This document shows, piece after piece, positions 9,704 to 19,660 of a DNA stretch of 64,000 nt. The stretch spans positions 56,057 to 120,056 of the forward strand of contig VGKY01000001.1 in NCBI GenBank assembly GCA_016866875.1. Reading direction: 5' to 3'. A program made the position numbers and the translations under genes. Origin of the DNA: Candidatus Peribacteria bacterium. GTDB taxonomy: Bacteria; Patescibacteriota; Gracilibacteria; Peribacterales; Peribacteraceae. Within the stretch, counting starts at the first letter, position 1; each line of letters begins with the position of its first letter. The notes beneath the pieces are model-generated. The model saw only the letters and a list, made by a program, of their open reading frames with translations. It made no database searches and was not told the DNA's origin.

Positions 9704-10009
9704 ATGTCCAAAGCCGAATCCGCTCTGTCGAAGGTCCAGACCCTCTATGTCCTTCAGGTACAGCTCTGGAATGTCCTTGATGCGAAGGCGCTCACGCCCG
9801 AGCAACGCCTTGAGGCGCGCAAGCACCTTAAAGAGTTCGGTTCCCTTCTCCGCAAAGCCGATTGGCACATCATGGGAGGCGAGGATGTCTATACTGCGTT
9901 GAAGCAAATGGAAAAAGAGGTTGCTCGGAAGCTCAAGTCGCGCGGCGCGATCTCCAAGAAGCCTTCCATCCGTTCGCGTGCGATGAAGGCAGGGAAGAAG
10001 AGACGCTGA
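9704..10009 (+). CDS. Hypothetical basic protein
   Basis: Helical ORF divergent from galU. Confidence 0.55.
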   Translation: MSKAESALSKVQTLYVLQVQLWNVLDAKALTPEQRLEARKHLKEFGSLLRKADWHIMGGEDVYTALKQMEKEVARKLKSRGAISKKPSIRSRAMKAGKKRR

Positions 10010-10023
10010 GCCGAGAGCCCTAG

Positions 10024-10455
10024 CTACACTTCGCTGATTCTGACAATCTTAATCTTCTCCTCTTTGGGTATGAGGATTTTGAGGATGCAGTCTTTGCTGA
10101 ACGTCGCCTTCACCTTGCGTGGGTCCACCGCCATCGGCAGCGTCACGGTGCGCTTGAACTCCCCCCAGAAGCACTCTTGGAGATAGTAGCGGTCTTCCGG
10201 AAGCTCCTCGCCCTGGCGGCGCATGCCGCGGATGGTGAGCGTGCGGTCATCCACCTCGATGTCGAGATCGCTCAAGCGCACGCCCGCGATGGGCGCACGA
10301 ATGATGATGTAGTCATCGATCTCGTAAATGTCGACGGCGATCTGCCCCACACCCTTCGGGGGGGTGGATTTCTTCTGCGCTGGCGCGCCCTCCGGCTCCG
10401 CGCTCTGCGCAGTCTGGAATGCTGAGAAAATCCCGTGGAAGGGCGACGATGCCAT
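10024..10455 (-). CDS. Hsp20/alpha-crystallin small heat-shock protein
   Basis: VDIYE..APIAGV..LTIRG..ECFWGEFKRTVTLP..ILKILIPK. Confidence 0.92.
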   Translation of the reverse strand: MASSPFHGIFSAFQTAQSAEPEGAPAQKKSTPPKGVGQIAVDIYEIDDYIIIRAPIAGVRLSDLDIEVDDRTLTIRGMRRQGEELPEDRYYLQECFWGEFKRTVTLPMAVDPRKVKATFSKDCILKILIPKEEKIKIVRISEV

Positions 10456-10536
10456 CTCGGTACGCCATGATACGCATGGGAAGTGCGTTTTGGCAAAGTG
10501 AATGCATATTGCAGTAGGAGCGCAGGGAAGCGTTTC

Positions 10537-10595
10537 CCTACTGCGCTACAGTCCTACTGCGCTACAGTCCTATTGCGCTACAGTCCTATTGCGCT
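10537..10595 (+). repeat. Tandem 16-bp repeat CCTA(C/T)TGCGCTACAGT, ~3.7 copies
   Basis: Directly visible upstream of the uppP ATG. Confidence 0.9.
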
Positions 10596-10599
10596 CCTC

Positions 10600-11379
10600 A
10601 TGACCACGACTCAGTCCATCATTCTCGGCGCAGTTCAGGGTCTCACAGAATTTCTTCCGGTGAGCAGTACCGCCCATCTCATGCTTGCACAACACGCGAT
10701 GGGCCTGTCGACGGACTTGCACGGGTTTGACATTCTTCTGCATGCGGGGACGCTCATCGCGCTCGTGATCTGCTATCCGCGGGAGTGGTGGTCGATGGCC
10801 TGCAGCCCCTTCAACGACGACAAGGTTGCGCGCAGGATGCTTTGGCTACTCATCCTCGCTACCGTTCCGGGTGCATGCGCCGGAGCGCTCTTTGCCGAGG
10901 CTGTTACCCAAGCGATGGAATCGATCCAGTGGCTCGGCGTACAACTTCTCATCAACGCTGCCTTTCTCGTGATCGCTGAACGCCACCGAGGGGTCCGCTC
11001 CCGTGATGCCCTTGCCCCTTCCGATGCCCTCATCATCGGAGCGGCGCAGGCTGTTGCCCTTGTTCCGGGGATCTCCCGTTCGGCCATCACGATCGCTGCT
11101 GCCCGCATGCGATCGGTCGAGCGCCGGGCAGCTCTGGATTTTTCCTTCCTCATGGCCACTCCCATTATCGCAGGAGCATCGGTATTTGCCGCATCGCATA
11201 TTGTGTCGGGAGCGACGTCTATTCCCTCGCTTGCGGTGATCATCGCCGGCATGGTTGCCGCATGCGTTGCAAGCATCGCTGCTATCCGCATGTTGCGCGC
11301 GATTGTCGCACGCAGAAGCCTCGCAATCTTCGCGTGGTATCTCGTCCCACTGGGGCTCTTGCTTTGTGTGAGAGTTTGA
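10600..11379 (+). CDS. uppP: Undecaprenyl-diphosphate phosphatase (BacA)
   Basis: QGLTEFLPVSSTAH; PGISRSAITI. Confidence 0.95.
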   Translation: MTTTQSIILGAVQGLTEFLPVSSTAHLMLAQHAMGLSTDLHGFDILLHAGTLIALVICYPREWWSMACSPFNDDKVARRMLWLLILATVPGACAGALFAEAVTQAMESIQWLGVQLLINAAFLVIAERHRGVRSRDALAPSDALIIGAAQAVALVPGISRSAITIAAARMRSVERRAALDFSFLMATPIIAGASVFAASHIVSGATSIPSLAVIIAGMVAACVASIAAIRMLRAIVARRSLAIFAWYLVPLGLLLCVRV

Positions 11380-11453
11380 GACAAGATGCTGTCCCTGTAA
11401 GCTCCATGAAGAACTGTGGAGCGTTCACCCTTCAATTTTTTCTCGCCATTCCT

Positions 11454-11678
11454 ATGTCTTCCGTGCAACTTCGCAACGCCATCAAGCGCCTCCGTTTTGA
11501 ACGCGGCATGACACAGGAGGAACTGGCATTGCGCACGGGAGTGAGTCGGCAGACCATCATGAGCATCGAGCGTGGTCAGACAAATCCTTCCGTACTCCTC
11601 GCGTTCAAGATCGCGGCAGCGCTCAACGTCGGCGTCACGGATGCCTTCCAGATCGAGGGGAATCTCGTTCCGGTCTAG
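11454..11678 (+). CDS. XRE-family HTH transcriptional regulator
   Basis: MTQEELALRTGVSRQTIMSIERGQTNPS. Confidence 0.9.
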   Translation: MSSVQLRNAIKRLRFERGMTQEELALRTGVSRQTIMSIERGQTNPSVLLAFKIAAALNVGVTDAFQIEGNLVPV

Positions 11679-11720
11679 GAGAAAAAAGCAGCGAATGACA
11701 TGCACTGAGGAAGCATCTCC

Positions 11721-13337
11721 TTAAGCGTTTCTCGTTTGCATGTCTTCTACGAAAAGCTGCACCTGCGCTCTTCCTTGCCATGCATTGATGCCGATGCGGC
11801 ACAGTGCATCGATCGTTTTGGAGATGCCCATCTCATGATCGCCGAACCCAAAGGCAATGGCCTTGTGGGTTCCGAGTCGCATCTGCAGGTGTTTGCCGTC
11901 GTCTCCCACACGTCGTTTGTCGAGTACGGGTACGTCGCGCAGGAGAAACTTCGGTTCAGGATTCCCCTGCCCAAAGGGCTCGAGCTGACGAAGAGATGTG
12001 GCAAGAGCCAGGGATACTTCCTCCGCAGGGAGCAAGGCATCGACCTCGATTGTCGGCACGAAATCCTCAGCAGCGCACTCTGTGAGGATGTCTTGCTCGA
12101 GGTTCTTGCACACGTCATCCCACTGTTCTGCGGGGAAGCTGCACCCTGCGGCCTGCGCATGCCCCCCAAAAGATTTCAGAAGATGACTGATGCGCCGCAA
12201 TCCTTCGGTGACGTGGTAGCGGGCGGGGCTGCGCAGGGATGCAGTGATGTGGTCTCCACACACGACGCCGATCATGCTCGGGCAGCCCGTGGATTCCGCG
12301 AGCCGGCCTGCAATGAGCCCGATGATGCCGTGCGGGTACTCGGCGTGCGCGCTTGCCTTGAGCACCGTTGGTTGCCGTGCGATGTCCGCGAACGCTTGAT
12401 CGACCAGGTGCGCGGTGGTTTCTTGGCGCATTTTATTAAGCGCATGCAGGCGTTCCAGTGGCGCTCCTCCCTGCAGCAGGGCATGCAAGGCTATGGCGGG
12501 GTCATCCATGCGCCCTGCGGCATTGAGTCGAGGGGCGATACGGAATGCAACGTCCGTACTCGTGATGCGTCCCGATGTCGTCTCCTCGCGAAGTTTCGCT
12601 AAGGGCCCCGTCTCCAGATCCTGGAGCGAGCGCAGGCCATCCTGTACCAGTTGCCGGTTGATGCCCCGCAGCTCCACGAGATCGCCGACGGTCCCCATCA
12701 TGGCTAGTGCGCGGTCGGTATGCATGTCCTCCCACACAGGCCCCTCGAGTCCTTGGAGAAAAAGGAATGCCATGCCGGCACCTGAGGGATGCGGCGGGGA
12801 AAATCCGGGAGTAAGCCCCGGGTGAAGGATGGCGTACGCTGGCGGGAGCTCCTCGGGGACATGGTGATGATCGACCACAATGACGTCGATGCCTTTGCTC
12901 TGCAGCAATGCAATGGGCTCGATAGCAGTTATGCCCGTATCCACGGTAATGAGCAGGCTCATGCCATGCTCGATCCATTCTTCGGCGATCTTTGCCGTGA
13001 GCCCGTATCCGTCATGTACCCGGTGCGGCAGACGCACCACAGGCTCTTGTCCGCAGCGGCGGATGTAGCGAACGATTTGGGCGACGCCGGTGATGCCATC
13101 GCAGTCGTAGTCCCCGAAGATGCCTACGCGCTCCGAGGATTTCATCGCCGCATGCACGCGTTGCACGGCGCGCGCCATATCGGGAGGCATGGGGTAGGGC
13201 GTCGGCTGGGCGCTGAGACCGCGCTCTCGCGCGAGATCCATAGCCAGCGTCCTGGCGCGCACTCCTTGCAGGGACTCCAGAGGGAGTCCTCCTCTGGCGA
13301 TCCACCGTTTTTTGGTCAGAGACGTAAGTGTTGCCAT
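11721..13337 (-). CDS. recJ: Single-stranded-DNA exonuclease RecJ
   Basis: GDYDCDG, TVDTG, DHH, APRLNAAGR, GGHAQAAG, EPFGQGNPEP. Confidence 0.95.
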   Translation of the reverse strand: MATLTSLTKKRWIARGGLPLESLQGVRARTLAMDLARERGLSAQPTPYPMPPDMARAVQRVHAAMKSSERVGIFGDYDCDGITGVAQIVRYIRRCGQEPVVRLPHRVHDGYGLTAKIAEEWIEHGMSLLITVDTGITAIEPIALLQSKGIDVIVVDHHHVPEELPPAYAILHPGLTPGFSPPHPSGAGMAFLFLQGLEGPVWEDMHTDRALAMMGTVGDLVELRGINRQLVQDGLRSLQDLETGPLAKLREETTSGRITSTDVAFRIAPRLNAAGRMDDPAIALHALLQGGAPLERLHALNKMRQETTAHLVDQAFADIARQPTVLKASAHAEYPHGIIGLIAGRLAESTGCPSMIGVVCGDHITASLRSPARYHVTEGLRRISHLLKSFGGHAQAAGCSFPAEQWDDVCKNLEQDILTECAAEDFVPTIEVDALLPAEEVSLALATSLRQLEPFGQGNPEPKFLLRDVPVLDKRRVGDDGKHLQMRLGTHKAIAFGFGDHEMGISKTIDALCRIGINAWQGRAQVQLFVEDMQTRNA

Positions 13338-13451
13338 GGAGCTGCACAGTACCAGAGACGTTCCTGGAACCATGCATTTTCCCTGCGTCAGGTTCAAAGA
13401 CGCCTTGTCTGAAGAGCAGATAGCAGTTCTTTCGCGATGGAGAACGGTGGC

Positions 13452-13982
13452 CTAGAGCACCTGGCGCTCTGAGCGCTTTGCGCGCCTGAGCGTCCATCCT
13501 ACGGCTCCTATGAGCGTCGTCGCGGCGACCCAGGCGCCGGCTCCCGTCGGGGCGAGATCGGGGCGATTTCCGAGGAGAACCTGTCCCCGCGTTGGTGCTC
13601 CGTACTGGAGGACGCGCTGGCGGTCAGTGATGCGGTCCAGCAGCCTGATGGTGCGCAGCAGGTCCAGGTCACTTGCGGAGAGATCGGCAGAAGCCGCGTC
13701 TTCCGATGGATATACTTCTTCATCCAGCGCGTCCTCCTCCGGGATCTCTTCCGGTGCCGCTGCAGGGACGAAATGCGCCTCCTGTTCACGCACTCTGCGT
13801 TCCGTGCTTACATTTCTCTGGCGTGCGACGCGATCCTTCGCTCCCCTTTTAGAGGGGGGAAGATAAAACTCGCTACTGAGGAGCACCTCTTCCGGCGTCA
13901 TGTAGGCAGCCGTCGTCATAGGGAGCATGCACCCGATGGCAATGATGATGGGGAGAAGCCTGCGGAGGGTCGGTGAGGGCAT
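13452..13982 (-). CDS. Secreted protein with LPXTG-like C-terminal sorting signal (LAPTG)
   Basis: Signal peptide; LAPTG followed by a hydrophobic helix and RRAKR tail. Confidence 0.7.
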   Translation of the reverse strand: MPSPTLRRLLPIIIAIGCMLPMTTAAYMTPEEVLLSSEFYLPPSKRGAKDRVARQRNVSTERRVREQEAHFVPAAAPEEIPEEDALDEEVYPSEDAASADLSASDLDLLRTIRLLDRITDRQRVLQYGAPTRGQVLLGNRPDLAPTGAGAWVAATTLIGAVGWTLRRAKRSERQVL

Positions 13983-14017
13983 CACAGTATTGTAGCAGAA
14001 TCAGTGTCCAGAGGCAA

Positions 14018-15013
14018 TCAGCAATCCGTGCCGCCTCCGAGCTCGCAGAGGAATATCTCATGGAGGTCGAGAATACCGTCGCGATCCGAATCCTTGAGGA
14101 GTGGGCTACTTTCCTCTTCGTCGAGTTTGCCGTTGATATTCTTGTCCTCTCCGCGGAGCTTCTTGCCGTTCTCGACCCTGCAGAGGCCGTCGCACAGCCC
14201 GTCATCATCGGTATCCCACTTCATCGCATCGGTCTCGCCGAGATCACGCTTGCCGTTGTGGTTCCTGTCCTCGAGCCCGTCGATGAGGCCGTCGCCGTCG
14301 CTGTCTCTGAGTAGGGGGTTGGTTCCGAGGAAGAAGATTTCCCGTCCGTCGCTCACGCCATCGGCGTCCGTATCCGCGTTTAGAGGGCTGGTCCCGACAT
14401 CTCGCTCCACTGCCGTATTGGCAAGGTCGCCGTCCTCGTCTATGCCGATGGGCAGTGGAATTTCGGACATGAGGAAGCACGACGTCCCTGCGTGGAACTT
14501 CTCGATTTGGTGGCGAATCGCACCACGGTAGAAGCGTTCCTGATTGAGGTCAGCTTCCTGCAGATTCTCTACCGTATTGAAGCGGTTCTGGCGGCTATTC
14601 ATCTGTTGCTCGATGCGCATAGTGCGCTCCTTGAGCGACAGGAAAATCTTTCCGGGAAATTGCTTTGTGGCGCGCGCGCTATTGGCATCGTCGTTCTCCG
14701 GGAAGCAGTATCCCCAGAACCGCGACACCTTTCCGCGGAATCCCGTGATCACGTCGAGCGTCATATTCTTTGCGTCATCGGGAATCTGGATGATCACATT
14801 GGTGTTTGCTGGCGCCGTCGCCCCGGTGACCATCTGATGCGGCTGAATGATCTTCCAGGGGACCTGGCCACGCATGTGCGCGGGCAGGAGCCGTCCCTCC
14901 AGTCGCATGTCGTGATGTACGGCGGTCGAAACGATGCCGAGCGTGAGCATGCCGAGGATCAGAGTCGTCCACTGCATCGTCTTCTGCGTTCCGTGGAGGA
15001 GATTTCGGGGCAT
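14018..15013 (-). CDS. Membrane-anchored protein with thrombospondin type-3-like Ca-binding repeats
   Basis: DTDADGVSDG, DSDGDGLIDG, DTDDDGLCDG, DSDRDGILD. Confidence 0.8.
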   Translation of the reverse strand: MPRNLLHGTQKTMQWTTLILGMLTLGIVSTAVHHDMRLEGRLLPAHMRGQVPWKIIQPHQMVTGATAPANTNVIIQIPDDAKNMTLDVITGFRGKVSRFWGYCFPENDDANSARATKQFPGKIFLSLKERTMRIEQQMNSRQNRFNTVENLQEADLNQERFYRGAIRHQIEKFHAGTSCFLMSEIPLPIGIDEDGDLANTAVERDVGTSPLNADTDADGVSDGREIFFLGTNPLLRDSDGDGLIDGLEDRNHNGKRDLGETDAMKWDTDDDGLCDGLCRVENGKKLRGEDKNINGKLDEEESSPLLKDSDRDGILDLHEIFLCELGGGTDC

Positions 15014-15135
15014 CAGGGCATTATAGCAGTTTTCCACGGTTTTTTGTAGGGCCCATATGCCTCATGAAGCTGCTATCTGCAGAGCTTTCTGGCTTTTGCG
15101 CTCAGAGCATTGCCCGTTGCGCTATGCTCCTACAC

Positions 15136-16221
15136 GTGTCCAAGGACCTCTACGCCGTTCTCGGTCTGAATCGTGATGCCTCTCCCGAGGACATCAAGAA
15201 GGCGTACCGTCGCTTGAGCAAGGAGCACCACCCCGATAAGCATGCTTCTGGGGCCACGCATGCCAAGAAGGAGGCCGAGCATAAGTTCAAGGAGATCAAC
15301 GAGGCATACGAGGTGCTCTCCGATCCCGAGAAGCGTCGCAAGTACGATCAGTTCGGATCGACGGGCGCCTCGGGGCCTGGGGGTTTTGATTTCAGTGGTT
15401 TTTCGGGAATGCGTCCCGAGGAATTTGGCGGATTCTCCGATCTCTTCGAGACGTTCTTCGGGGGTCGTGGTGGCCGGGGATCAAAGCATGAGCAGCGCGG
15501 CAGAGATCTGGAGATGCAGGTCAGGATCAGCTTTGCGCAGAGCGTTTCCGGTACTCAGCAATCACTCCCGCTCCGGCGCCTCGCTGTCTGCACGGATTGC
15601 GGTGGCAGCGGTGCTGCCAAGGGATCTGCTCTTGTGACATGCGGCGAGTGCGGCGGGACGGGGCAGGTCACGAAGACCGCGCAATCGTTCTTCGGGGCCA
15701 TTCGTCAGAGTGCGGTCTGCAACCGCTGCCGTGGAGCGGGCAAGCGTCCGGAGAAGACGTGCACGTTGTGCGACGGTGAGGGGAGAAGGATGAGGGACGA
15801 TAGCGTGACGGTCGATATCCCTGCCGGCATCGACGACGGCCAGACCATCCGTTTGCGTGGGTACGGCGAAGCGGGAGTGATGGGCAGCACACCTGGTGAT
15901 CTCTTTGTGCTCGTGCGCGTCATGCCCGATGCACGCTTTGCCCGCGAGGGGAATGATATCCATGCGAAGCTCACCATCGGCATCCCCGACGCCGCCCTTG
16001 GCGTCGAGATCCCCGTGGAGACCGTGCATGGATCGGTGTCTCTACGCATTCCCGCCGGGGTGCAGCCGGGGCAGGTGCTTAGGATCAGAGGGAAGGGCAT
16101 GCCGCAATTGCGCTCCAAGTCTCATGGGGATCACTATGTCACGATCGTCGTGCGCGTTCCGGAGAAGCTCTCGAAGGAGGAGCGGCGCTTGCTCGAGGAG
16201 TGGCGCACACTCTCCGCGTAG
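15136..16221 (+). CDS. dnaJ: Chaperone DnaJ
   Basis: J domain with HPD; G/F region; four CxxCxGxG motifs. Confidence 0.96.
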   Translation: MSKDLYAVLGLNRDASPEDIKKAYRRLSKEHHPDKHASGATHAKKEAEHKFKEINEAYEVLSDPEKRRKYDQFGSTGASGPGGFDFSGFSGMRPEEFGGFSDLFETFFGGRGGRGSKHEQRGRDLEMQVRISFAQSVSGTQQSLPLRRLAVCTDCGGSGAAKGSALVTCGECGGTGQVTKTAQSFFGAIRQSAVCNRCRGAGKRPEKTCTLCDGEGRRMRDDSVTVDIPAGIDDGQTIRLRGYGEAGVMGSTPGDLFVLVRVMPDARFAREGNDIHAKLTIGIPDAALGVEIPVETVHGSVSLRIPAGVQPGQVLRIRGKGMPQLRSKSHGDHYVTIVVRVPEKLSKEERRLLEEWRTLSA

Positions 16222-16270
16222 TTGCTCAAGTATGCCTTGCCGGAACGGTTGTGGTACTCTTCCCTCCGCT

Positions 16271-18286
16271 ATGCCTCGTAAGGCTACACCCTATCGTTTC
16301 GGGGTGGGATCCGTGATCGTGTCGGCGTTGCTCAGTGCATGGGTACTCACATGGATCCCCTCTCCACATTCGGATGAACCTCCCGTGGCTCAGGTCATGA
16401 TGGGGGGCGAGGTTGGTATGGTGAGCGGCACGATGTCGAGCGTGGGCGGCGATTTTGGCAATGTGGGAACTATGGGCATGAGCAGCACGGGCGGCAATAC
16501 CTCCAGCATGGATATGATTGGCGGCGATAAGGGCGGGGCAGGAGGAAACAGTGTCCCGCCTATGTCGAGCTCCGGCGGTGTGGGAGGTGATATGGGCGAT
16601 ATGGGCAATGTTGGTGCATTGGGGAATTTTTCCAGCGAAGCGCAGAGTTCTAGTAGGGCACCCGGGTCCTCCGCTGCCCCGCCGCAGTCATCCTCCGCCC
16701 TGCCTCCGGCATCTTCCTCCGATCCTCCTCCGTCCTCCTCCAGCGCCGCATCGCGATGGTGTGGTGACGGCAGGACGGATGCTCCGGAAACATGCGATCC
16801 CTGTTCGCCGGTTGGTAGGGTTGCCACAGATCCCAACTGCAATGCTGTGTGCTCCGTGGGCCGCTGTGGTGACGGCTTCCTCGACCGCAGGCGCGGAGAG
16901 GAATGTGATTACGTCGGACTGGTTTTCGATGCCGCCTCCGATCCAAGCGTAACGCGGGACGAGTCAACATTTGGAAGGTGTGCATCGGATGCATCGTGTG
17001 GAGACGGCTACTGTCTCTACGGACAGTGCTGGCCCCTGAAGTGGATCGCCTACTGGAACTGGAGCGATGTTGCCCTCTGTCCGCAGACGTGGTCCACCTC
17101 TACCACCTGGACTCTTCCCAACGTGCAGACGGGGTCGCCTTGTAACGATTTCACCGATCCCCGATGCAGAGAGTTTTCCGGTGACGGGTGTACCATCAGC
17201 TGCAAGCTGGAGCGCTGCGGCGATCGTATCGTACAAGCGGGGTACACCAACCCCGCAGGCAAACACTATGGTCTTTCGGAGCAGTGCGATGATGGCAACA
17301 CCGACTCCGGCGACGGCTGCTCCGATCGTTGTCAGCTGGAAAGCGGTAGCAGCGCATGGGGCGTTCCCCTGGTCTCCTCATCTGCCGCATCGTCTTCCGC
17401 ACCCCCATCGAGCGTACTAGCATCTTCTCAGGAAATGGAACTCATCTGCGGCGACGGGATTCTCAGTCCCGGCGAGGAGTGCGACGACGGCGATCAAAAT
17501 AGCGCCACAGTATCTGGGGCCTGTCGTCTCGATTGTCGACGCGCCCGCTGCGGAGATTTCGTCGCAGATTACATCCTCGGAGAGCAGTGTGATCAGGGCG
17601 TAGGCAACAGCGACGTCACTCCGGACCGCTGCCGCACAGCCTGCAAGCTTCCGCGTTGCGGCGATGCGGTGGTCGATACTGGCGAGACCTGTGACGATGG
17701 AAACAGTGCGGCTGGTGACGGTTGCTCGCCCTTCTGCATCTGGGAGTCTTTGACCCAGATGCGCCCGAGTTGCGGGGATGCACGCATGCAGTCTGGGGAG
17801 ACCTGCGATGACGGCAACACCGTCTCCGGCGACGGTTGCTCCTCTCTCTGTCAGGCAGAGCTGGTGCTTGGTCTGCGGGAAGAAATCAACCCTATGCTGG
17901 TCACCGAAGGCTTGGTGTGCGGCGATGGCGTCCTAAGCCCGGGCGAAGCATGTGATGACGGCAACCCCTTCGGTGGAGACGGCTGTTCTCCCATCTGTGC
18001 CCTTGAGAGTTCCGTCTGCGGTGACGGCGTCTTGGCTGCCGGAGAGCAGTGTGATCCTCCAGGGCCGACCTGCAGCCAAGCCTGCACCCTCATTGCCGAT
18101 CTGAAGTCCGCAGCCGACCTCCCGCCTCCGCTGCCCCTCGCGCTCATGCCCTACGCGTTCGTTGCTCTTCCGCCCACGTCGGCCCCCATCGCTGACACAG
18201 GCCCCGCAGCTATCGCCGTGATGGCATCCGGAGCGGCCGCAGCGGTGGGATGGTTACGACGGAAAAAAGTAGCAGCTAGAAAATAG
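16271..18286 (+). CDS. Cys-rich surface protein (DUF4215/Myxococcus cysteine-rich repeats) with LPXTG-like anchor
   Basis: About 9-10 CGD..E.CD(D)GN..DGC units; Met/Gly- and Ser-rich linkers; IADTG, TM helix and LRRKK tail. Confidence 0.85.
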   Translation: MPRKATPYRFGVGSVIVSALLSAWVLTWIPSPHSDEPPVAQVMMGGEVGMVSGTMSSVGGDFGNVGTMGMSSTGGNTSSMDMIGGDKGGAGGNSVPPMSSSGGVGGDMGDMGNVGALGNFSSEAQSSSRAPGSSAAPPQSSSALPPASSSDPPPSSSSAASRWCGDGRTDAPETCDPCSPVGRVATDPNCNAVCSVGRCGDGFLDRRRGEECDYVGLVFDAASDPSVTRDESTFGRCASDASCGDGYCLYGQCWPLKWIAYWNWSDVALCPQTWSTSTTWTLPNVQTGSPCNDFTDPRCREFSGDGCTISCKLERCGDRIVQAGYTNPAGKHYGLSEQCDDGNTDSGDGCSDRCQLESGSSAWGVPLVSSSAASSSAPPSSVLASSQEMELICGDGILSPGEECDDGDQNSATVSGACRLDCRRARCGDFVADYILGEQCDQGVGNSDVTPDRCRTACKLPRCGDAVVDTGETCDDGNSAAGDGCSPFCIWESLTQMRPSCGDARMQSGETCDDGNTVSGDGCSSLCQAELVLGLREEINPMLVTEGLVCGDGVLSPGEACDDGNPFGGDGCSPICALESSVCGDGVLAAGEQCDPPGPTCSQACTLIADLKSAADLPPPLPLALMPYAFVALPPTSAPIADTGPAAIAVMASGAAAAVGWLRRKKVAARK

Positions 18287-18375
18287 CAAGGAGCAGTGAG
18301 AAACGAGCAGATCCTCATGGGTACCTACTACCTACTACCTGCTACCTGCTACTTTCTACTTTCTATTTCCCAATT
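18265..18375. repeat. Heptamer-repeat inverted array between convergent genes
   Basis: AGCAGCT/AGAAAAT/AGCAAGG... facing CTACTAC/CTACCTG/CTACTTT... Confidence 0.7.
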
Positions 18376-18381
18376 GCCCCC

Positions 18382-18924
18382 TTATACGTCGAGATTTTCG
18401 AGTCCATCCTCTTTGCTCTCGATCACCGGAGAGAGCTCTTCGCCACTCTTGATCGCCGACTCGTCTTTGCGTCGTAAAACGATCTGACGATACTCCCCCT
18501 CTCCCACGCTTTCTGTTGTGAGATCCTGGAGCTCTGGAGAGTTACTGACATGCAGGTGGACGATGCGGCGGAAGTAGGGGCTCATGGGTGCGAGAGCCAC
18601 GCGGCTTCCCGTGCGACGGACAAAATCCGCCTTCTGCTCCGCAACCTTGCGCACTTTGTCCTCCTGCACGCGGCGGTAGCCGTCGACGTCGAGCACGATG
18701 AAGGGTGACCGCTCCAGTTTTTCCTTCGTGCGCATGATGGACTTTGCTAGGTGTTGGACGGAATTCAGCGTTTCCCCATGCCAACCGATCAGCCGACTCG
18801 GCGCATCCGAGGCGATGTCCACCCTGGTGATGTCTCCCTCCGTGGAAACCTCCACGCCGCGAAACGGGAGATCGAGCTCGGTGAGAAGGTGGGAAACAAC
18901 ATCGGTGAGGAGGGCGGAGTCCAT
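18382..18924 (-). CDS. jag: Jag/KhpB/EloR-type RNA-binding protein (KH + R3H)
   Basis: LIGWHGETLNSVQHL; PMSPYFRRIVH; ESVGEGEYR. Confidence 0.9.
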   Translation of the reverse strand: MDSALLTDVVSHLLTELDLPFRGVEVSTEGDITRVDIASDAPSRLIGWHGETLNSVQHLAKSIMRTKEKLERSPFIVLDVDGYRRVQEDKVRKVAEQKADFVRRTGSRVALAPMSPYFRRIVHLHVSNSPELQDLTTESVGEGEYRQIVLRRKDESAIKSGEELSPVIESKEDGLENLDV

Positions 18925-19031
18925 GCGTGCGCAGAGTAGAGAGAAAGACGGAAAGAGGAAAGAGCAAAGGGCGCCGAGTACAACAAAGGCCTCCCTAAGG
19001 AGGCCTGAGGTGTTGCCATGGGCAAAGTCGA

Positions 19032-19307
19032 TTATCGGACGGCGTCCTTGAGGGTCTTTCCGGCCTTGAACGACGGAACCTTCATCGCAGGGATCGAGAT
19101 CCTTTGCGTGGGGTTGCGTGGGTTCACGCCCGTGCGCGCTGCGCGCTTAGAGACTTTGAACGTTCCGAATCCCGTGAGCGTCACGGTGTTGCCCTTCTTG
19201 AGCTCCTTGGTCACGAGCGTGACCAAAGCCTCGAGGGCGGAAGCGGAGGCGCGCTTGGTGATGCCAGCGGCGTCCGCGATCATGTTGATGATATCCTGCT
19301 TGGACAT
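19032..19307 (-). CDS. hup: DNA-binding protein HU
   Basis: GFGTFKVSKRAARTGVNP..PSFKAGKTLKDAV. Confidence 0.95.
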   Translation of the reverse strand: MSKQDIINMIADAAGITKRASASALEALVTLVTKELKKGNTVTLTGFGTFKVSKRAARTGVNPRNPTQRISIPAMKVPSFKAGKTLKDAVR

Positions 19308-19660
19308 GGGACAGTGGGGAAAGGAAGTAAATCCTGAGAAAGTCTATGCCGAGGCACCGCTTGTGCAAGCCAAAAAAACAGTGTCAGAAACGTTGAAGGG
19401 GAGAAGGATGTTTTTGGCCGCTCTATTGAGCCAAAAAAAATGAGTACCAAAAATACTCATTCGCTTTGCCTTTCTGTGGATCATTGGCATGTTCTCCGCC
19501 AAATGCAAGGTCAAAGCATCCTATGGCGATCGTTCCTGAACACTGCTTGCGTATCGAGTTATCCCTCTCTCCCCAGAGAGCCTTATTTGTTCATGGTTGT
19601 ACGCCCGTACACCAGTTTTCCTTTGACAAACACATGGACCACTGCCTACCCTCCCGCACT

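Noticed and set aside
15896..16270. Extended N-termini in the ORF track (also 19466, 29365, 30683, 38162, 42934)
   Set aside because: They overlap neighbouring genes or promoters; homology and -10 spacing support later starts.
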